DNA of 64,000 bases. Origin: Armatimonadota bacterium (GTDB lineage: Bacteria > Armatimonadota > UBA5829 > DSUL01). A program made the translations under genes and the position numbers. The notes beneath the pieces are model-generated. The model ran no database searches. It saw only the letters and a program-made list of their open reading frames with translations, and had not been told where the DNA came from. Location of the stretch: assembly GCA_039811685.1 (NCBI GenBank), contig JBDHZC010000004.1, positions 256,001 to 320,000 on the forward strand, in the 5' to 3' direction. This document shows, piece after piece, positions 1-9,922 of the stretch (positions are counted from its first letter, which is position 1; each line of letters starts with the position of its first letter).

Positions 1-486
1 GGTGTCAAGCTGCATCACGACTTCCTTAGGTGTGTTAGAAAAAAAAGTGTCCCACGGCCACTCTCCGTCCAGCGCCTGGAATTCGATGTGGTGATTGTGG
101 TATCCCACGCGCATTCCTTCCGCCACGGCGAGCTCGGCGGATTGTGAAAACATTCGGGCAGTCTCCAGCCAGGCGTCGCGCGAGCTCGTGCGCTCGGCAG
201 GCAGTCCTGGAACGATCAAGAATCTGTTTCCCAGAGCTTTGTTGAACTCTATGGTCGTTCCAATCTCCTGCGCTGTGATCGTATCCAGTCCAGTGTGTGT
301 TCCCGCGCACTTCAGCCCCAACTCCGAAAGCATCGTTCGGAGCTCTTCGGCGGAGTAGCCGTAGTATCCGGCAAACTCCACGCCCGCATAGCCCATGTCA
401 GCCACTGCCTTGAGTGTGCCGGGAAAGTCCTTTGCGCAGTCGTCACGCACGGAGTAGAGTTGAACGGCGATAGGTATGTCGGGCAT
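1..486 (-). CDS. Sugar phosphate isomerase/epimerase (xylose-isomerase-like TIM barrel), runs off the left edge
   Basis: Manual translation from ATG 486: MPDIPIAVQLYSVRDD...GYAGVEFAG...GYHNHHIEF...VVMQLDT, typical AP_endonuc_2 motifs. Absent from the ORF track because it has no stop codon in the window. Confidence 0.9.
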   Translation of the reverse strand, partial: MPDIPIAVQLYSVRDDCAKDFPGTLKAVADMGYAGVEFAGYYGYSAEELRTMLSELGLKCAGTHTGLDTITAQEIGTTIEFNKALGNRFLIVPGLPAERTSSRDAWLETARMFSQSAELAVAEGMRVGYHNHHIEFQALDGEWPWDTFFSNTPKEVVMQLDT

Positions 487-554
487 TGGTAAGCGCTCCA
501 GAGTCATAGATTAGTGGACAAGGGTCTGGAATGACCAGTTTCCACGCTGAAGTT

Positions 555-569
555 CGCTAAGCGTTAGCG
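555..569. promoter_or_regulatory. Palindrome CGCTAA-GCG-TTAGCG, possible LacI-type operator
   Basis: Perfect 6-bp inverted repeat about 70 bp upstream of the sugar isomerase start. Confidence 0.35.
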
Positions 570-788
570 CCTTTCCTATGTCTCCTCTGCAGAATGTCTA
601 ATCAGTGAGAAAATCCTGGACATCAGCGTTTGCTCTGCTGGAATTCTAGCGTTTCACGGAGCGATTTCGGCAAGTATCACATCTGCCAATCGCGATTGAG
701 CCCCACGCACGGTCCTCTCGCCTGTTAAGAATCGGATGCCAGCCTGGACACCTGATTTTTGCCAGTTTCTGGAGGCATTTCACGAAAT

Positions 789-804
789 TGGCACGGAAGT
801 TGCA
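789..804 (+). promoter_or_regulatory. Sigma-54 (-24/-12) promoter
   Basis: TGGCAC-GGAAG-TTGCA is an exact match to TGGCAC-N5-TTGCW, about 130 nt upstream of the PEP-CTERM gene. Confidence 0.8.
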
Positions 805-932
805 CCAGTAACAGCAGGCGAAAGGACGCCTGCAAATTCGTCAGACTTTGGTCGGCTGAACCCTGAACCAGCCGTAGAAGTAACACCCACAAACGCCAGC
901 CACCAGGCGGTTAATACTACAGGAGACAGGAC

Positions 933-1586
933 GTGCATCCTTTGAACAAGACTCTCACCTTCCTCGGACTTGCTGCTGCAATCATCTGCTCTGGCGGCCT
1001 TCGCGCATCGGCTGCTGTGAATCTGGAGCTGAGGCCCATCACCCAGAACGCCAATATCGGAGAGACTCTCGGCTACGATCTGTACGCCTTGTCAACTACA
1101 GGCAGCGACGAGTTCGTGTCTGCTATGGACGTCATTCTTACTTGGGATCCCGCTCTGATCCGTCCCGAGGTTGGCACAGATGGAATGGGTGCCCCGCAGC
1201 CGGAGTGGGATTTCGACGGTCTGCTTTACCAGGCCAGCGGCATCAACAATCGTGATATGATCACAGGAGATATCATTAACGACGGCGCCTTCATGTACAC
1301 CGCAGCCGCACCGCTGGGCACTCCCGTCGCTATCTCGCCCACTGGTCTGAAGATCGTGGAGTTTCGCTTTACGGCGCGTGCGATGACGTCCGGCACGTCC
1401 ATTCAAATCCCCGCTGCGTTTGGCCAGGATCAGACGAGAGTCTTTGACGGAATGAACGCCAATACCGACATCAAAGGACTACTCACCGGCGCCCGTATGA
1501 CAGTTGTTCCTGAGCCAAGCGGCCTTCTCGCTCTGGCCACAGGAGCGGTGTCGCTCCTCGGCCTTATCAGACGTCCGCGAGTGTGA
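933..1586 (+). CDS. PEP-CTERM sorting domain protein with cohesin-like beta-sandwich
   Basis: Signal peptide; C-terminus VPEPSGLLALATGAVSLLGLIRRPRV; SAMDVILTWDPALI and IVEFRFTA resemble cohesin-type strands; RBS AGGAG (start could be TTG 942). Confidence 0.85.
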   Translation: MHPLNKTLTFLGLAAAIICSGGLRASAAVNLELRPITQNANIGETLGYDLYALSTTGSDEFVSAMDVILTWDPALIRPEVGTDGMGAPQPEWDFDGLLYQASGINNRDMITGDIINDGAFMYTAAAPLGTPVAISPTGLKIVEFRFTARAMTSGTSIQIPAAFGQDQTRVFDGMNANTDIKGLLTGARMTVVPEPSGLLALATGAVSLLGLIRRPRV

Positions 1587-1613
1587 TCAATCCCGCTTTA
1601 GTCTGACAGCATC

Positions 1614-1640
1614 AAGGGCCGGCGCCTGGTGTCGGCCCTT
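1614..1640. terminator. Hairpin between convergent genes, probable bidirectional terminator
   Basis: AAGGGCCGGCGC-CTG-GTGTCGGCCCTT. Confidence 0.6.
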
Positions 1641-1660
1641 AGTTCTGTACTACGCGCAAC

Positions 1661-4504
1661 CTATTGTTGACGCCGGCGCTTGGCGTCCAGCAGTTTTGAG
1701 CGAGTCGGCGCGGGCGTGCTCTCAGGTAGAGAAGAGCCACTGAGGACCCCGCCACTCTCGTCCTCCTTTACGAGGACTTGCGCTTCAGACGTCGTTGAAA
1801 TGTCCATTCCGGCCCCCGCTGGCGGGTCAGTGCTTCTCACGCGCTTTCTATTCAGTAGATCAGACGTAGAAGGCGCCTCTGCAGAGCGAGGCTGTCTGCG
1901 AGGCAGGAGCCGGGCTGCTTTCTGCGCAACTTCCAGCGCTTCCGTCGGGGACAGTATCAGCCTGCGCACGGCGATATCCAATGGCATAAGGAGGAGCGCT
2001 ATCAGGGTGAAGAATCTCCAGACTTCTGTGTAGCGTCGCTGATTTCGGGGCGCTTTTTCGAAGACCGTGCGAGGACTCGGATTGAAGCGCCCTCCGGATG
2101 TCCGTGCCAGCTCTCGCAGCAGGGGCGTATTCGCCTGAGTTGTCCGGTACTCCTCCGGGTAGGCCAGGCTGGCTGAAGCCATGCTTTGCGCTCTCCCGTG
2201 TCCCTGCTCTGACACGCTTACAATGTAGTCACCTGGCTGAGTTGCCGGAAATGACCCCTCATAGCGTCCTCGCGCCGTCTGCTCGAGCGCAATATCGGCC
2301 GTGCTTCCGCCTGGCAGAACGGCGTGCGCGCGAAGACGCCTGTCCGGTGCCGATTTGCCGTCCGTGGAGGAAGCCTCCACCCGCACATGCGCTCTACCGT
2401 TCTCAATGTCCATTGTTGTCTCCCACTGAGAACTCTGGCTCCGGCGCATTACCCAGCGCACGCTCTGTGCCCAGAGAGCTGGAAAAGTCGGCCAGGACAA
2501 CCAGTGCGCTGCCCATCTCGAACGCGCGTCTGACGTGAAAGCCAGCGAACGCCCCAAACCGTATTGCCAGCTCGCTAGAACTGGATCACCTCGGTGTGAA
2601 AACAGCGCCTGATTCGCCGTAGCCTTCGGCGTGGTGGAAACGTAACCCAACAGAGGCGGCATCTGCTGAAAGTCCAGATTCCGGACAGGCTCCTGGTTTG
2701 CGTTGATTACGGGTTTGAACGCCTCTTCAACAAGCAGAGAACGCGACGCAAGCAGCGTGTCCCGCGTAAAGATTTTTGGCAGGTTGCGGGCGCTCTGCGT
2801 CAAATAGAACGTTCCTTTCCCAGCCCCGGCAAGCTGTTTCAGAAAAGGGACATCCGCTCCGTCACCGATCGCCACAACGCTGACTGTTATTTTCTTTGTG
2901 GCCATTTGCTGTGCCAGTTGCAGACATCCGGCCTGATCCTCTGCATCACTACCGTCGGCCAGAAGAATGACGTGGCGAATCGCGGTGGTTTGTGCGGAAA
3001 GCAGTCGCTCCGCCCGTACAAGGCTTGGATAAACCATTATTCCGCCGCCTCCCGCGCGAATGCTGCGGATATCTCGCGAAAGAGACAGTTTTTGTGAGGC
3101 AGGCCGCAATGGCGCAACCAGTTTCGGGTCAGAATCGCAGGCGATGACCCCGAGTTCGTCCGTTGGTTGAATAGCGTCGATGCATGCTACGGCAGCCTCG
3201 TTGGCAATGCGGATCTTTTCAACTCCCTGCTCCTCAATGCCCATTGACCCGGATTTATCCACAACAATCAACAAGCTCAGAGAAGGGACGATCTGCTGAC
3301 TGCGAATAGTCATTCGCACGGGAAGCGCGTCTTCCACCGGCGTCTTGAAGTAGCCACCTGCGCCGAAGCTCTGAGATCCACCGATCATGATCAGCCCGAC
3401 TCCCAGTTGTCTGACTGCGCTTCGGATCGCCAGCATCTGGTTTGCGGACAGATCCGTAGCCGGCACATTTGAGAGAATCAACCCGTCTATCCCCAGATAA
3501 TCCGCTGCGGTCTCGGGAATCTGAAACGGGCGGATGACTTCGGGGGAGATTCTAGCTGCTTTCAGAGCGCTGATGAGTGGCTCATCCAGCCGGGCGTCGT
3601 CTGTGGCCAGCAGGATGCGTGGCCTCCCAGTCACAACTGCAAAGGCGTACGCTTTGTTATTCTCAGCCTCTGTGTCGGCGCCAGGCTGCAGGTCCGCTCG
3701 GTAGTGAAGGCTGCCCTCTTTTTCCGCCTTCTGCGGGATCAGAAAAACAGACCGTCCAGCGCTGAGAGAGACCGTACGTTCGCCCACTGGCTGACCATTC
3801 CGATAAACGCGCAGTCGTGCTGTCTGCGCTCTGTTGGCTCCAACTACCACCCGCGCCTCAAAGGGTTCGCCAGTCTTCAGACTGGACGGGATGCTGAAGG
3901 ATTCCACCCACGCCTCATCCTGCTTTGGGCTGCCTGTCGAAACTGTATCTATCGCAATGCCGCCGCTCTGAGCGATATGGGCCTGCGCTGAGGCGTCTCC
4001 TACAGTCTCGTTCCCGTCCGAGAGCAGCACAATGTGCCGCGATGCGCTGTCTGGAAGAGATGCCATCGCGAGGCGAAGCGCAGCCGCTATATCTGTCCCT
4101 GCATCCCGCGCAACCGCCTGCGATTTTTCGGGAAGCCGGCCGTGAGAAGGGGACGACTCCACTCTTGCATCGGAGCCAAAGACAATCAATCCAGCGCTGT
4201 CACCGGAGCGCATCCCGTCCTGAGATGCTTTTATCCATTCCAACGCTTTGGCCTGGCTGTCTCCTGACACGCTTCTGGAGACGTCCAACACGTACATTGT
4301 GCAAAGCTCGCGCACTCGGGTCACTGTTTGAGGACCCGCAACCGCCATAATCAATGCCGCTACTATTACACTGCGAAGAAGAGTCGCAGTGAGGCTGCGC
4401 GCAGGGTTCAGCCCGGCCAAACTCTCGCGCGACGTGCGCCAGACCAGATACAGGACAGGCGGTAGCGCCAGCAGCCAGTAGGGGTGAAGAAAGCGAACTC
4501 CCAT
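1661..4504 (-). CDS. Membrane protein with BatA-like N-terminus, two VWA domains and class I glutamine amidotransferase-like domain
   Basis: RFLHPYWLLAL start; MIDAS motifs DVSRS and DKSGS; GLIMIGGSQSFGAGGY GATase-like motif; WQYGLGRSLAFTSD; C-terminal TM. Confidence 0.88.
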   Translation of the reverse strand: MGVRFLHPYWLLALPPVLYLVWRTSRESLAGLNPARSLTATLLRSVIVAALIMAVAGPQTVTRVRELCTMYVLDVSRSVSGDSQAKALEWIKASQDGMRSGDSAGLIVFGSDARVESSPSHGRLPEKSQAVARDAGTDIAAALRLAMASLPDSASRHIVLLSDGNETVGDASAQAHIAQSGGIAIDTVSTGSPKQDEAWVESFSIPSSLKTGEPFEARVVVGANRAQTARLRVYRNGQPVGERTVSLSAGRSVFLIPQKAEKEGSLHYRADLQPGADTEAENNKAYAFAVVTGRPRILLATDDARLDEPLISALKAARISPEVIRPFQIPETAADYLGIDGLILSNVPATDLSANQMLAIRSAVRQLGVGLIMIGGSQSFGAGGYFKTPVEDALPVRMTIRSQQIVPSLSLLIVVDKSGSMGIEEQGVEKIRIANEAAVACIDAIQPTDELGVIACDSDPKLVAPLRPASQKLSLSRDIRSIRAGGGGIMVYPSLVRAERLLSAQTTAIRHVILLADGSDAEDQAGCLQLAQQMATKKITVSVVAIGDGADVPFLKQLAGAGKGTFYLTQSARNLPKIFTRDTLLASRSLLVEEAFKPVINANQEPVRNLDFQQMPPLLGYVSTTPKATANQALFSHRGDPVLASWQYGLGRSLAFTSDARSRWAAHWLSWPTFPALWAQSVRWVMRRSQSSQWETTMDIENGRAHVRVEASSTDGKSAPDRRLRAHAVLPGGSTADIALEQTARGRYEGSFPATQPGDYIVSVSEQGHGRAQSMASASLAYPEEYRTTQANTPLLRELARTSGGRFNPSPRTVFEKAPRNQRRYTEVWRFFTLIALLLMPLDIAVRRLILSPTEALEVAQKAARLLPRRQPRSAEAPSTSDLLNRKRVRSTDPPAGAGMDISTTSEAQVLVKEDESGGVLSGSSLPESTPAPTRSKLLDAKRRRQQ

Positions 4505-4522
4505 TTTATGTACGCGCTCTCC

Positions 4523-6337
4523 TCACATGCGTCTATGAAAAAGAAGCCACTCCGTGCAGAGCACGGCCAGCGCAGCCAGTACGAACCACGGATAAAGCTC
4601 TTTGTTGGCCGCTGAGGTGTGTGATTCGGCGGCTGTCTCGGCCGCGGGTGTGTCGGGCCTCGCCACTCGCAAGTCCGACTGCTCAGTTGACGAGAGATTC
4701 ACCGCGAAGACGCCCGTCCGTTCACCCTGTTTCCACGAATACAGCCCGGCCGTCAGTGTCTCGGAGAAGTCTTCAATGCCTTCCGGCAGCGCTATCCTCC
4801 TTCCATCAGGGGTAGTGACGGTAGTGATCCGCTTGGATCTCGCCTCCAGCCGGACAGTTTCGCCGGGAGTGTACGACCCCGTGACCTCTCTCTGATTCAG
4901 CAGCCACGCCACTGTGTTTGAGACGAGAATCGGAAACGTCACGCGCAGCGGCAGATCGGATTGAACAAAGTCCCACCCGAAGCTGATTTTCCGCATCCCG
5001 TTCTTCTGCCCGCCAACAATCAGAGGATTTCCTCCAGCTTCGGCCAGCGTACTCGCCCATTCCGCCGGCCTGAGAGAAGAAAACTCCGCAAAGCGCATGC
5101 TGGAAAGCTCTGCGTGTCGCGAAATGTCTACGCCGGGACGCCAGACGGGCTCGTCAGATTCTCGGACTGCGCCTGTCTTTGCGGGGGCGCCAGGACCGCT
5201 GGAGCTGATAAACCACTCGGCGCCGGGAGCCTCAGCCTCCGCATCTGTTCTATCCCAGATGACGATGTCGAAGGCTCCCAGTTTGTTTGGCGAGGGAGCT
5301 GTTTGCGCCTTTGTCACTTCAAGCTCATCATCTGTCGCCAGAGCTTGTTCCAGAAACATATTGCCAGGACCTACTATCAGCACTCTCGCCTTGCGCGTCC
5401 GCCCGATGACCGCATAAGCGATGTTGTCCTGCGGCAGCGCATCTTCTGGTGTTATCCGCGCCACAAGCACTCCGCTTACGGAGGGCGGCAGGTCAAACGG
5501 CAGTCCCTGCGACTGCCCCGGTTTCAGTTTCACTTCACGCGCGTCAATGAGTCTATCGTTGAGGCGCAGGCTCAGGGTCACTTCGGCAGCCTCTCCAGAG
5601 TGACCCAGGTTCGACAAGCGTACGAAAGCGCCCGTCCTCCCGGCCTGCCGGTCCACATTCAGCAGGGTGATTGCCGTATTAGCAGCGCTTGCGCCGGCGC
5701 GGATAGTCTCGAGGGGCAGCCCCGCGCGCAGGTCCTCCGGCAGTTCCGGATAAGACCCGTCGCTGTAGATGATTATCCTTGCCGATCGGCTGCTCTTGCA
5801 CGCGGCCCGTGCCAGGGCGACCGCATCCTGCATGGATGAGGGTAGTTGCGTCTGGCGTACTAACCCCAAAGCCGAGTTCAAAGCAGCCTTGTCAGACGTC
5901 ATCGGGGATAGGACCTGAGTACGTTGTGACGCGGCAATGACAATCGCCTGATCTGCCGGACCCAGATCGCGTACCAGATTTCGTGCTCGTTCAATCACCC
6001 ATCTCAGTCGGGTGGGGCGTGCGTCTGTTGCAGCCATCGAAGCGGAGTTGTCAAGAATGAGAGCTATCATCTGTCCGCGGCGTTGCCGGGCGTGCGCAAA
6101 GGGTCTTGCGGCGGCAAATGCGATAGCTATGAGCGCAGCGATCTGTAAAGCCAGTAGCGCAGTGGCGCGTAGCCTCTGCCATGGACGGTTGGCCTGCATG
6201 TCTGCGGTCACCCTGCGCCAGAGCATCGAGCTGGGCACCCGGACTTCTGTGCGTTGCGTCTTCAACAGATACAGCGCCACGACAAAGGCGACAAGCGGCC
6301 CAAGCAGCCAGAGGGTTCCTGCGCTCAGCAGTCCCAC
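4523..6337 (-). CDS. BatA + VWA domain membrane protein
   Basis: GTG start overlaps upstream TAG (TAGTG); LYLLK...VPSSMLW BatA motif; LDNSASM MIDAS; C-terminal TM ending EWLLFHRRM. Confidence 0.88.
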   Translation of the reverse strand: MGLLSAGTLWLLGPLVAFVVALYLLKTQRTEVRVPSSMLWRRVTADMQANRPWQRLRATALLALQIAALIAIAFAAARPFAHARQRRGQMIALILDNSASMAATDARPTRLRWVIERARNLVRDLGPADQAIVIAASQRTQVLSPMTSDKAALNSALGLVRQTQLPSSMQDAVALARAACKSSRSARIIIYSDGSYPELPEDLRAGLPLETIRAGASAANTAITLLNVDRQAGRTGAFVRLSNLGHSGEAAEVTLSLRLNDRLIDAREVKLKPGQSQGLPFDLPPSVSGVLVARITPEDALPQDNIAYAVIGRTRKARVLIVGPGNMFLEQALATDDELEVTKAQTAPSPNKLGAFDIVIWDRTDAEAEAPGAEWFISSSGPGAPAKTGAVRESDEPVWRPGVDISRHAELSSMRFAEFSSLRPAEWASTLAEAGGNPLIVGGQKNGMRKISFGWDFVQSDLPLRVTFPILVSNTVAWLLNQREVTGSYTPGETVRLEARSKRITTVTTPDGRRIALPEGIEDFSETLTAGLYSWKQGERTGVFAVNLSSTEQSDLRVARPDTPAAETAAESHTSAANKELYPWFVLAALAVLCTEWLLFHRRM

Positions 6338-7242
6338 TAACTCACCGTACCTCGCCCGCGGAGCATGCGCCCGAAGATATCCATAATCGCCATGTCTGTT
6401 TGGACCGTGAGGAAGCTCAATCCGCTGCGCAGACACTCATCCCGCAGATTCGCTTGTAGTCGAGAGAGGGCCTTCTGGTAGTCGCGGATCAAGGATGCCG
6501 TGATGGAGACGTCCAGACTCTGCTCGGATTCACTGTCAAGCAGGCGCAAGTCACCGGTCAGTACGGGCCGCACGTCCTCAGGGGAGAGTACCTGCACGGC
6601 GGTAGTGTCAAATCTGCGAACCCCAAAGCCCCGAAGCTCTGTCCAGACTTCTTCTTCAAGGAAGTCGGAAAGCAAAATAGCCACGCCAGGTGTTTTTTCT
6701 GAGGCCAGAAACGTCTGAATCGCCGCTCCCAGCTCCCCTCGGCCGTCGCACTTGAGATCATCAAGCCACTTCAGCATCCGGTGGGTATGGGCACGGCCGC
6801 GCAGCGGACCGATCGGCCGGCTCTGTTCGGCGCCCAGCGGATACAGTTTTACTCTGTCCATCCCGGCAAGCCCGACGTAGCCCAGCGCTGCCGCCAGCTT
6901 GCGCGCATAAAGCTCCTTGCTAGGATCGCCGGTATCCATAGACCGCGTGCAGTCGATCAGAATGGAGAGAGTTCTGTCTTCATCCAGTGAAAATAGCTTG
7001 AGGAAGAGCTTCTCAGAGCGCGCGTACAGGTTCCAGTCCACTCTGCGAAAGTCGTCCCCGGGCGCATACTCGCGAAAGTCCGCAAACTCAACACCAGAGC
7101 CGCGCCGGGGCGATTTGCGATCGCCCGCCAATTGTCCCGGCAGCCGGCGTCTCGACACCAGCCTCAATCGCTCCAGAGTCTGAATAAGCTCTGCGTCCAG
7201 CAGAGTTGAGCCGATCACTTTTCTACCGGCTTCAGGCGTCAT
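6337..7242 (-). CDS. DUF58 domain protein (VWA-like MoxR partner)
   Basis: GSGVEFADFREYAPGDDFRRVDWN signature; LIDCTRSM; LLSDF. Confidence 0.93.
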   Translation of the reverse strand: MTPEAGRKVIGSTLLDAELIQTLERLRLVSRRRLPGQLAGDRKSPRRGSGVEFADFREYAPGDDFRRVDWNLYARSEKLFLKLFSLDEDRTLSILIDCTRSMDTGDPSKELYARKLAAALGYVGLAGMDRVKLYPLGAEQSRPIGPLRGRAHTHRMLKWLDDLKCDGRGELGAAIQTFLASEKTPGVAILLSDFLEEEVWTELRGFGVRRFDTTAVQVLSPEDVRPVLTGDLRLLDSESEQSLDVSITASLIRDYQKALSRLQANLRDECLRSGLSFLTVQTDMAIMDIFGRMLRGRGTVS

Positions 7243-7246
7243 CTGG

Positions 7247-8257
7247 CTAGACAGGCAGCTTTTCGTCAGGCTGAGCGGCGCGGACCGCCATCTCGACGAT
7301 CATATCTGCAGATATCTGCTCCGCTTCTGCTTCAAAGTTGAGAATCAGTCTGTGCCGCAGTGCCTGTGCTGAGGACTCTTCCACATCCTGCGTAGCCACG
7401 TTGAACCGCCCATCCAGAAGCGCGCGCACTTTCGCCGAGAGCGCCAGGGCCTGAGCGCCGCGTGGACTTGCGCCGTAGCGCACGTAGTGCCGCACTTCGG
7501 CCGGAGCCAGTTCGCTCTCCGGGTGCGTGGCCATCACAATGCGCAGAAGGTAGTCCCTGACGTGATCTGCCAGCGCAATCTCGCGCACAGTCTCCTGCAT
7601 CTGCACAATGCGCTCACCCGTCACGACTGGCTTGACCGCCGGCTCTTCGCCAGTCGTTGTGCGCTCCAGAATGGCGCCCATCTGCGCCTGCGTTGGAAAA
7701 GGAACCAGCAGCTTAAGCATAAAGCGGTCTAGCTGCGCTTCCGGCAGAGGGTAGGTGCCCTCCATTTCAATCGGGTTCTGTGTCGCAAGTACAAGAAATG
7801 GAGATGGAAGCGGGCGGCGCTCACCTCCCACCGTTACAGCCTGCTCCTGCATGGCCTCCAGAAGCGCAGACTGGGTCTTTGGCGTGGCGCGGTTGATTTC
7901 GTCAGCCAGGATGATGTTGCCGAAGACGGGTCCCGGTTGAAACCGGAACTCACGTCCAGCCGGCGTGTCGGCGACAATATTGGTCCCAGTTACGTCCGCG
8001 GGCATGAGGTCTGGCGTGAACTGAATACGGCTGAAGCTGCAACTCACCGCTTCCGCCAAAGATCGCACCAGCAGCGTCTTGCCCAGGCCAGGCGCACCCT
8101 CCAGCAGAGCGTGCCCACCGGTGGCCAGGCAGCTCAAAGCCCCGTCAATCGTCTCGGTCTGCCCAACAACAACGCGTCCGATCTCTTCGCGCAGCGCAGA
8201 AAAGGTTTCGCGGAACTCTTCCGCGCGTTGCTCTATACTCATAGCTCTCTCCATCAT
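7247..8257 (-). CDS. MoxR family AAA+ ATPase
   Basis: Walker A GAPGLGKT; RIQFTPDLMPAD; ILADEINRATPKTQSALLEAM; ATQNPIEMEGTYPLPEAQLDRF (alternative start ATG 8242). Confidence 0.96.
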   Translation of the reverse strand: MMERAMSIEQRAEEFRETFSALREEIGRVVVGQTETIDGALSCLATGGHALLEGAPGLGKTLLVRSLAEAVSCSFSRIQFTPDLMPADVTGTNIVADTPAGREFRFQPGPVFGNIILADEINRATPKTQSALLEAMQEQAVTVGGERRPLPSPFLVLATQNPIEMEGTYPLPEAQLDRFMLKLLVPFPTQAQMGAILERTTTGEEPAVKPVVTGERIVQMQETVREIALADHVRDYLLRIVMATHPESELAPAEVRHYVRYGASPRGAQALALSAKVRALLDGRFNVATQDVEESSAQALRHRLILNFEAEAEQISADMIVEMAVRAAQPDEKLPV

Positions 8258-9918
8258 CTCAGCGCGTCAAAATACTCTTGCACGCGTTTGCGCTCCGAAA
8301 GTGGGACGTCCTCGCGGGATAGCGCCTTCTCGGCCGCGTCCCGATACTGCGGGTAAACCTCGTAGTAGGGAACAGAAGCGCGTGCGCCGGGCTCAGGTGC
8401 GCTCTCAACCTCCACACGCTTCATCTGGCCATTTTTGTTAATCAGTGAGCTCGCCCTTGCGGGCACTTTTTGTGTCTGGGTGGCGCGCGGCGCGTAGAGC
8501 TTTGCCCAGTCTTTGTCGAGGTGACTCGCACCTGGGATGCGCCCGCCATCCCGCGCGTTGCCCGTCCCTTTTCGGCCTCTGGCTTCTCTGTCAGTTGAAC
8601 CGTATTCGTTACGGCCTGGCAACTGACCGCTGCAGATAGCGGCTGCTTCCATTTCAAGCGCTTGAATCTCCATCAGCGATCCCAACTTGTCGCCTGCTCG
8701 TTGCGCCGCGTCCAGCGCCTTCTGTGCAGCGCGCCAGTCCATGCTGTTCAGCGCTTCAACGACCTTTTTGTAGTGCTGAGCGATCTGCTGCATGTTCGCA
8801 TTCTCAAGCGCCTTTGCCAGAGCGTTGAGATACTGGCTCACGTCCTCCTGGGTTGCTGGCGACGGCTTCAGACCAAGCCTCCTGCGCATCTCTGCCAGCA
8901 GTTTGTTGGCCTCCTGAAAATCTTTCATCCCGTAGAGCTGCGCCAGCCTTTCGACCATCTCTGACGGAATCTCTATGTCCTGTCCGTTGCCGCTGCCGTG
9001 AGTCGCTCTTGGGAAGGAGCCTTTGGCCGGCATGCCTGAGCCGCTACTCAGCGTAGCCTCGTCCTTTACATGCCTGCCATCTCCGGCTGAGGTGGCCGCA
9101 GCCCTTTCGGCTCGCAGTCTGGACGCAGCTTCCTGCGCCAGATACTCTTTTGCTTCAGCGTAGCGCTGCGGAACCATTGACGCGCCGATCGCCGCATTGG
9201 CCTGCGCCAGCTTTTCGGATTTCTTCAGTAGAGAGTCTGACATTTTGTTCAGCTTTACGTGCGCGTCTGTCGGCGAAAGTCTGCCGGACTGCAGTTGCCG
9301 TCCGAGTTTGTCCAGCCGCTCTGCCAGTTGCCGATCTGCCTGTGGCTCTTTGTTGATACGGGCCGCCACCTTTCTAAGCTGTGAGCCCTGCTGGCGGATC
9401 GCGGCCTGCTCCTGCTTTTTCAGCGGAGAGTGCAGGACGGAAAGTGACGGCAGTGCGATGGCCACAATCAGAACGAGCGTTGCTGCAACCGGCAGTCGCC
9501 AGTAGCGCTGATGAACCAAAGGAATGGCCCGCGCGATATCCACGCTCTGAAGGCTTTCGAGTGCATCCCGTGCCAGAATCGTGCGTTGTGGATGCGCTGT
9601 ATTTGCTGCCCATACGGCGCTCGACAGCCGGTCCTTGAGATCAGAGTGGCGCTCAAGAGTTCGGCAAACCGCAAACTCATCCAGTCGCACGAGCAATGAA
9701 GCAAGAATTGCGGCCAACATCCCTCCCGCCGCGCCAACTATCGTTACAGTAGCGGGACTAACTTCCCATAGCAATGCCCACCATCGCCCGCCGAAGGCGA
9801 TGCCGGCAGCAGCGGCGAAGAGCCCTGCAGACAGGCCCACAAACGCCCATTTGACCGCAATCGCCGTCCGGACCCTCTTACGAAGCCGATGAATCTGTGC
9901 GCCCAACTCCCGTGCCAT
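8254..9918 (-). CDS. Membrane-anchored coiled-coil protein (DUF4175-like) of the MoxR operon
   Basis: Three N-terminal TM segments, LKDRLSSA motif, long Q/A/K-rich helical region, C-terminal EDVPLSERKRVQEYF. Confidence 0.75.
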   Translation of the reverse strand: MARELGAQIHRLRKRVRTAIAVKWAFVGLSAGLFAAAAGIAFGGRWWALLWEVSPATVTIVGAAGGMLAAILASLLVRLDEFAVCRTLERHSDLKDRLSSAVWAANTAHPQRTILARDALESLQSVDIARAIPLVHQRYWRLPVAATLVLIVAIALPSLSVLHSPLKKQEQAAIRQQGSQLRKVAARINKEPQADRQLAERLDKLGRQLQSGRLSPTDAHVKLNKMSDSLLKKSEKLAQANAAIGASMVPQRYAEAKEYLAQEAASRLRAERAAATSAGDGRHVKDEATLSSGSGMPAKGSFPRATHGSGNGQDIEIPSEMVERLAQLYGMKDFQEANKLLAEMRRRLGLKPSPATQEDVSQYLNALAKALENANMQQIAQHYKKVVEALNSMDWRAAQKALDAAQRAGDKLGSLMEIQALEMEAAAICSGQLPGRNEYGSTDREARGRKGTGNARDGGRIPGASHLDKDWAKLYAPRATQTQKVPARASSLINKNGQMKRVEVESAPEPGARASVPYYEVYPQYRDAAEKALSREDVPLSERKRVQEYFDALR

Positions 9919-9922
9919 TTCT

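Noticed and set aside
805..930. c-di-GMP riboswitch in PEP-CTERM leaders (also 51900-52110 and 40770-40950)
   Set aside because: Hairpins are present, but the GEMM consensus (GGCAAACC...GACGCAAA) is absent and the three leaders share no evident sequence.
6337..6436. Extended N-terminal overlaps in the ORF track (6436, 12630, 20306, 28026, 60389)
   Set aside because: Downstream starts with an RBS or stop-start coupling fit the family N-termini better; there is no evidence of true overlapping genes or frameshifts.
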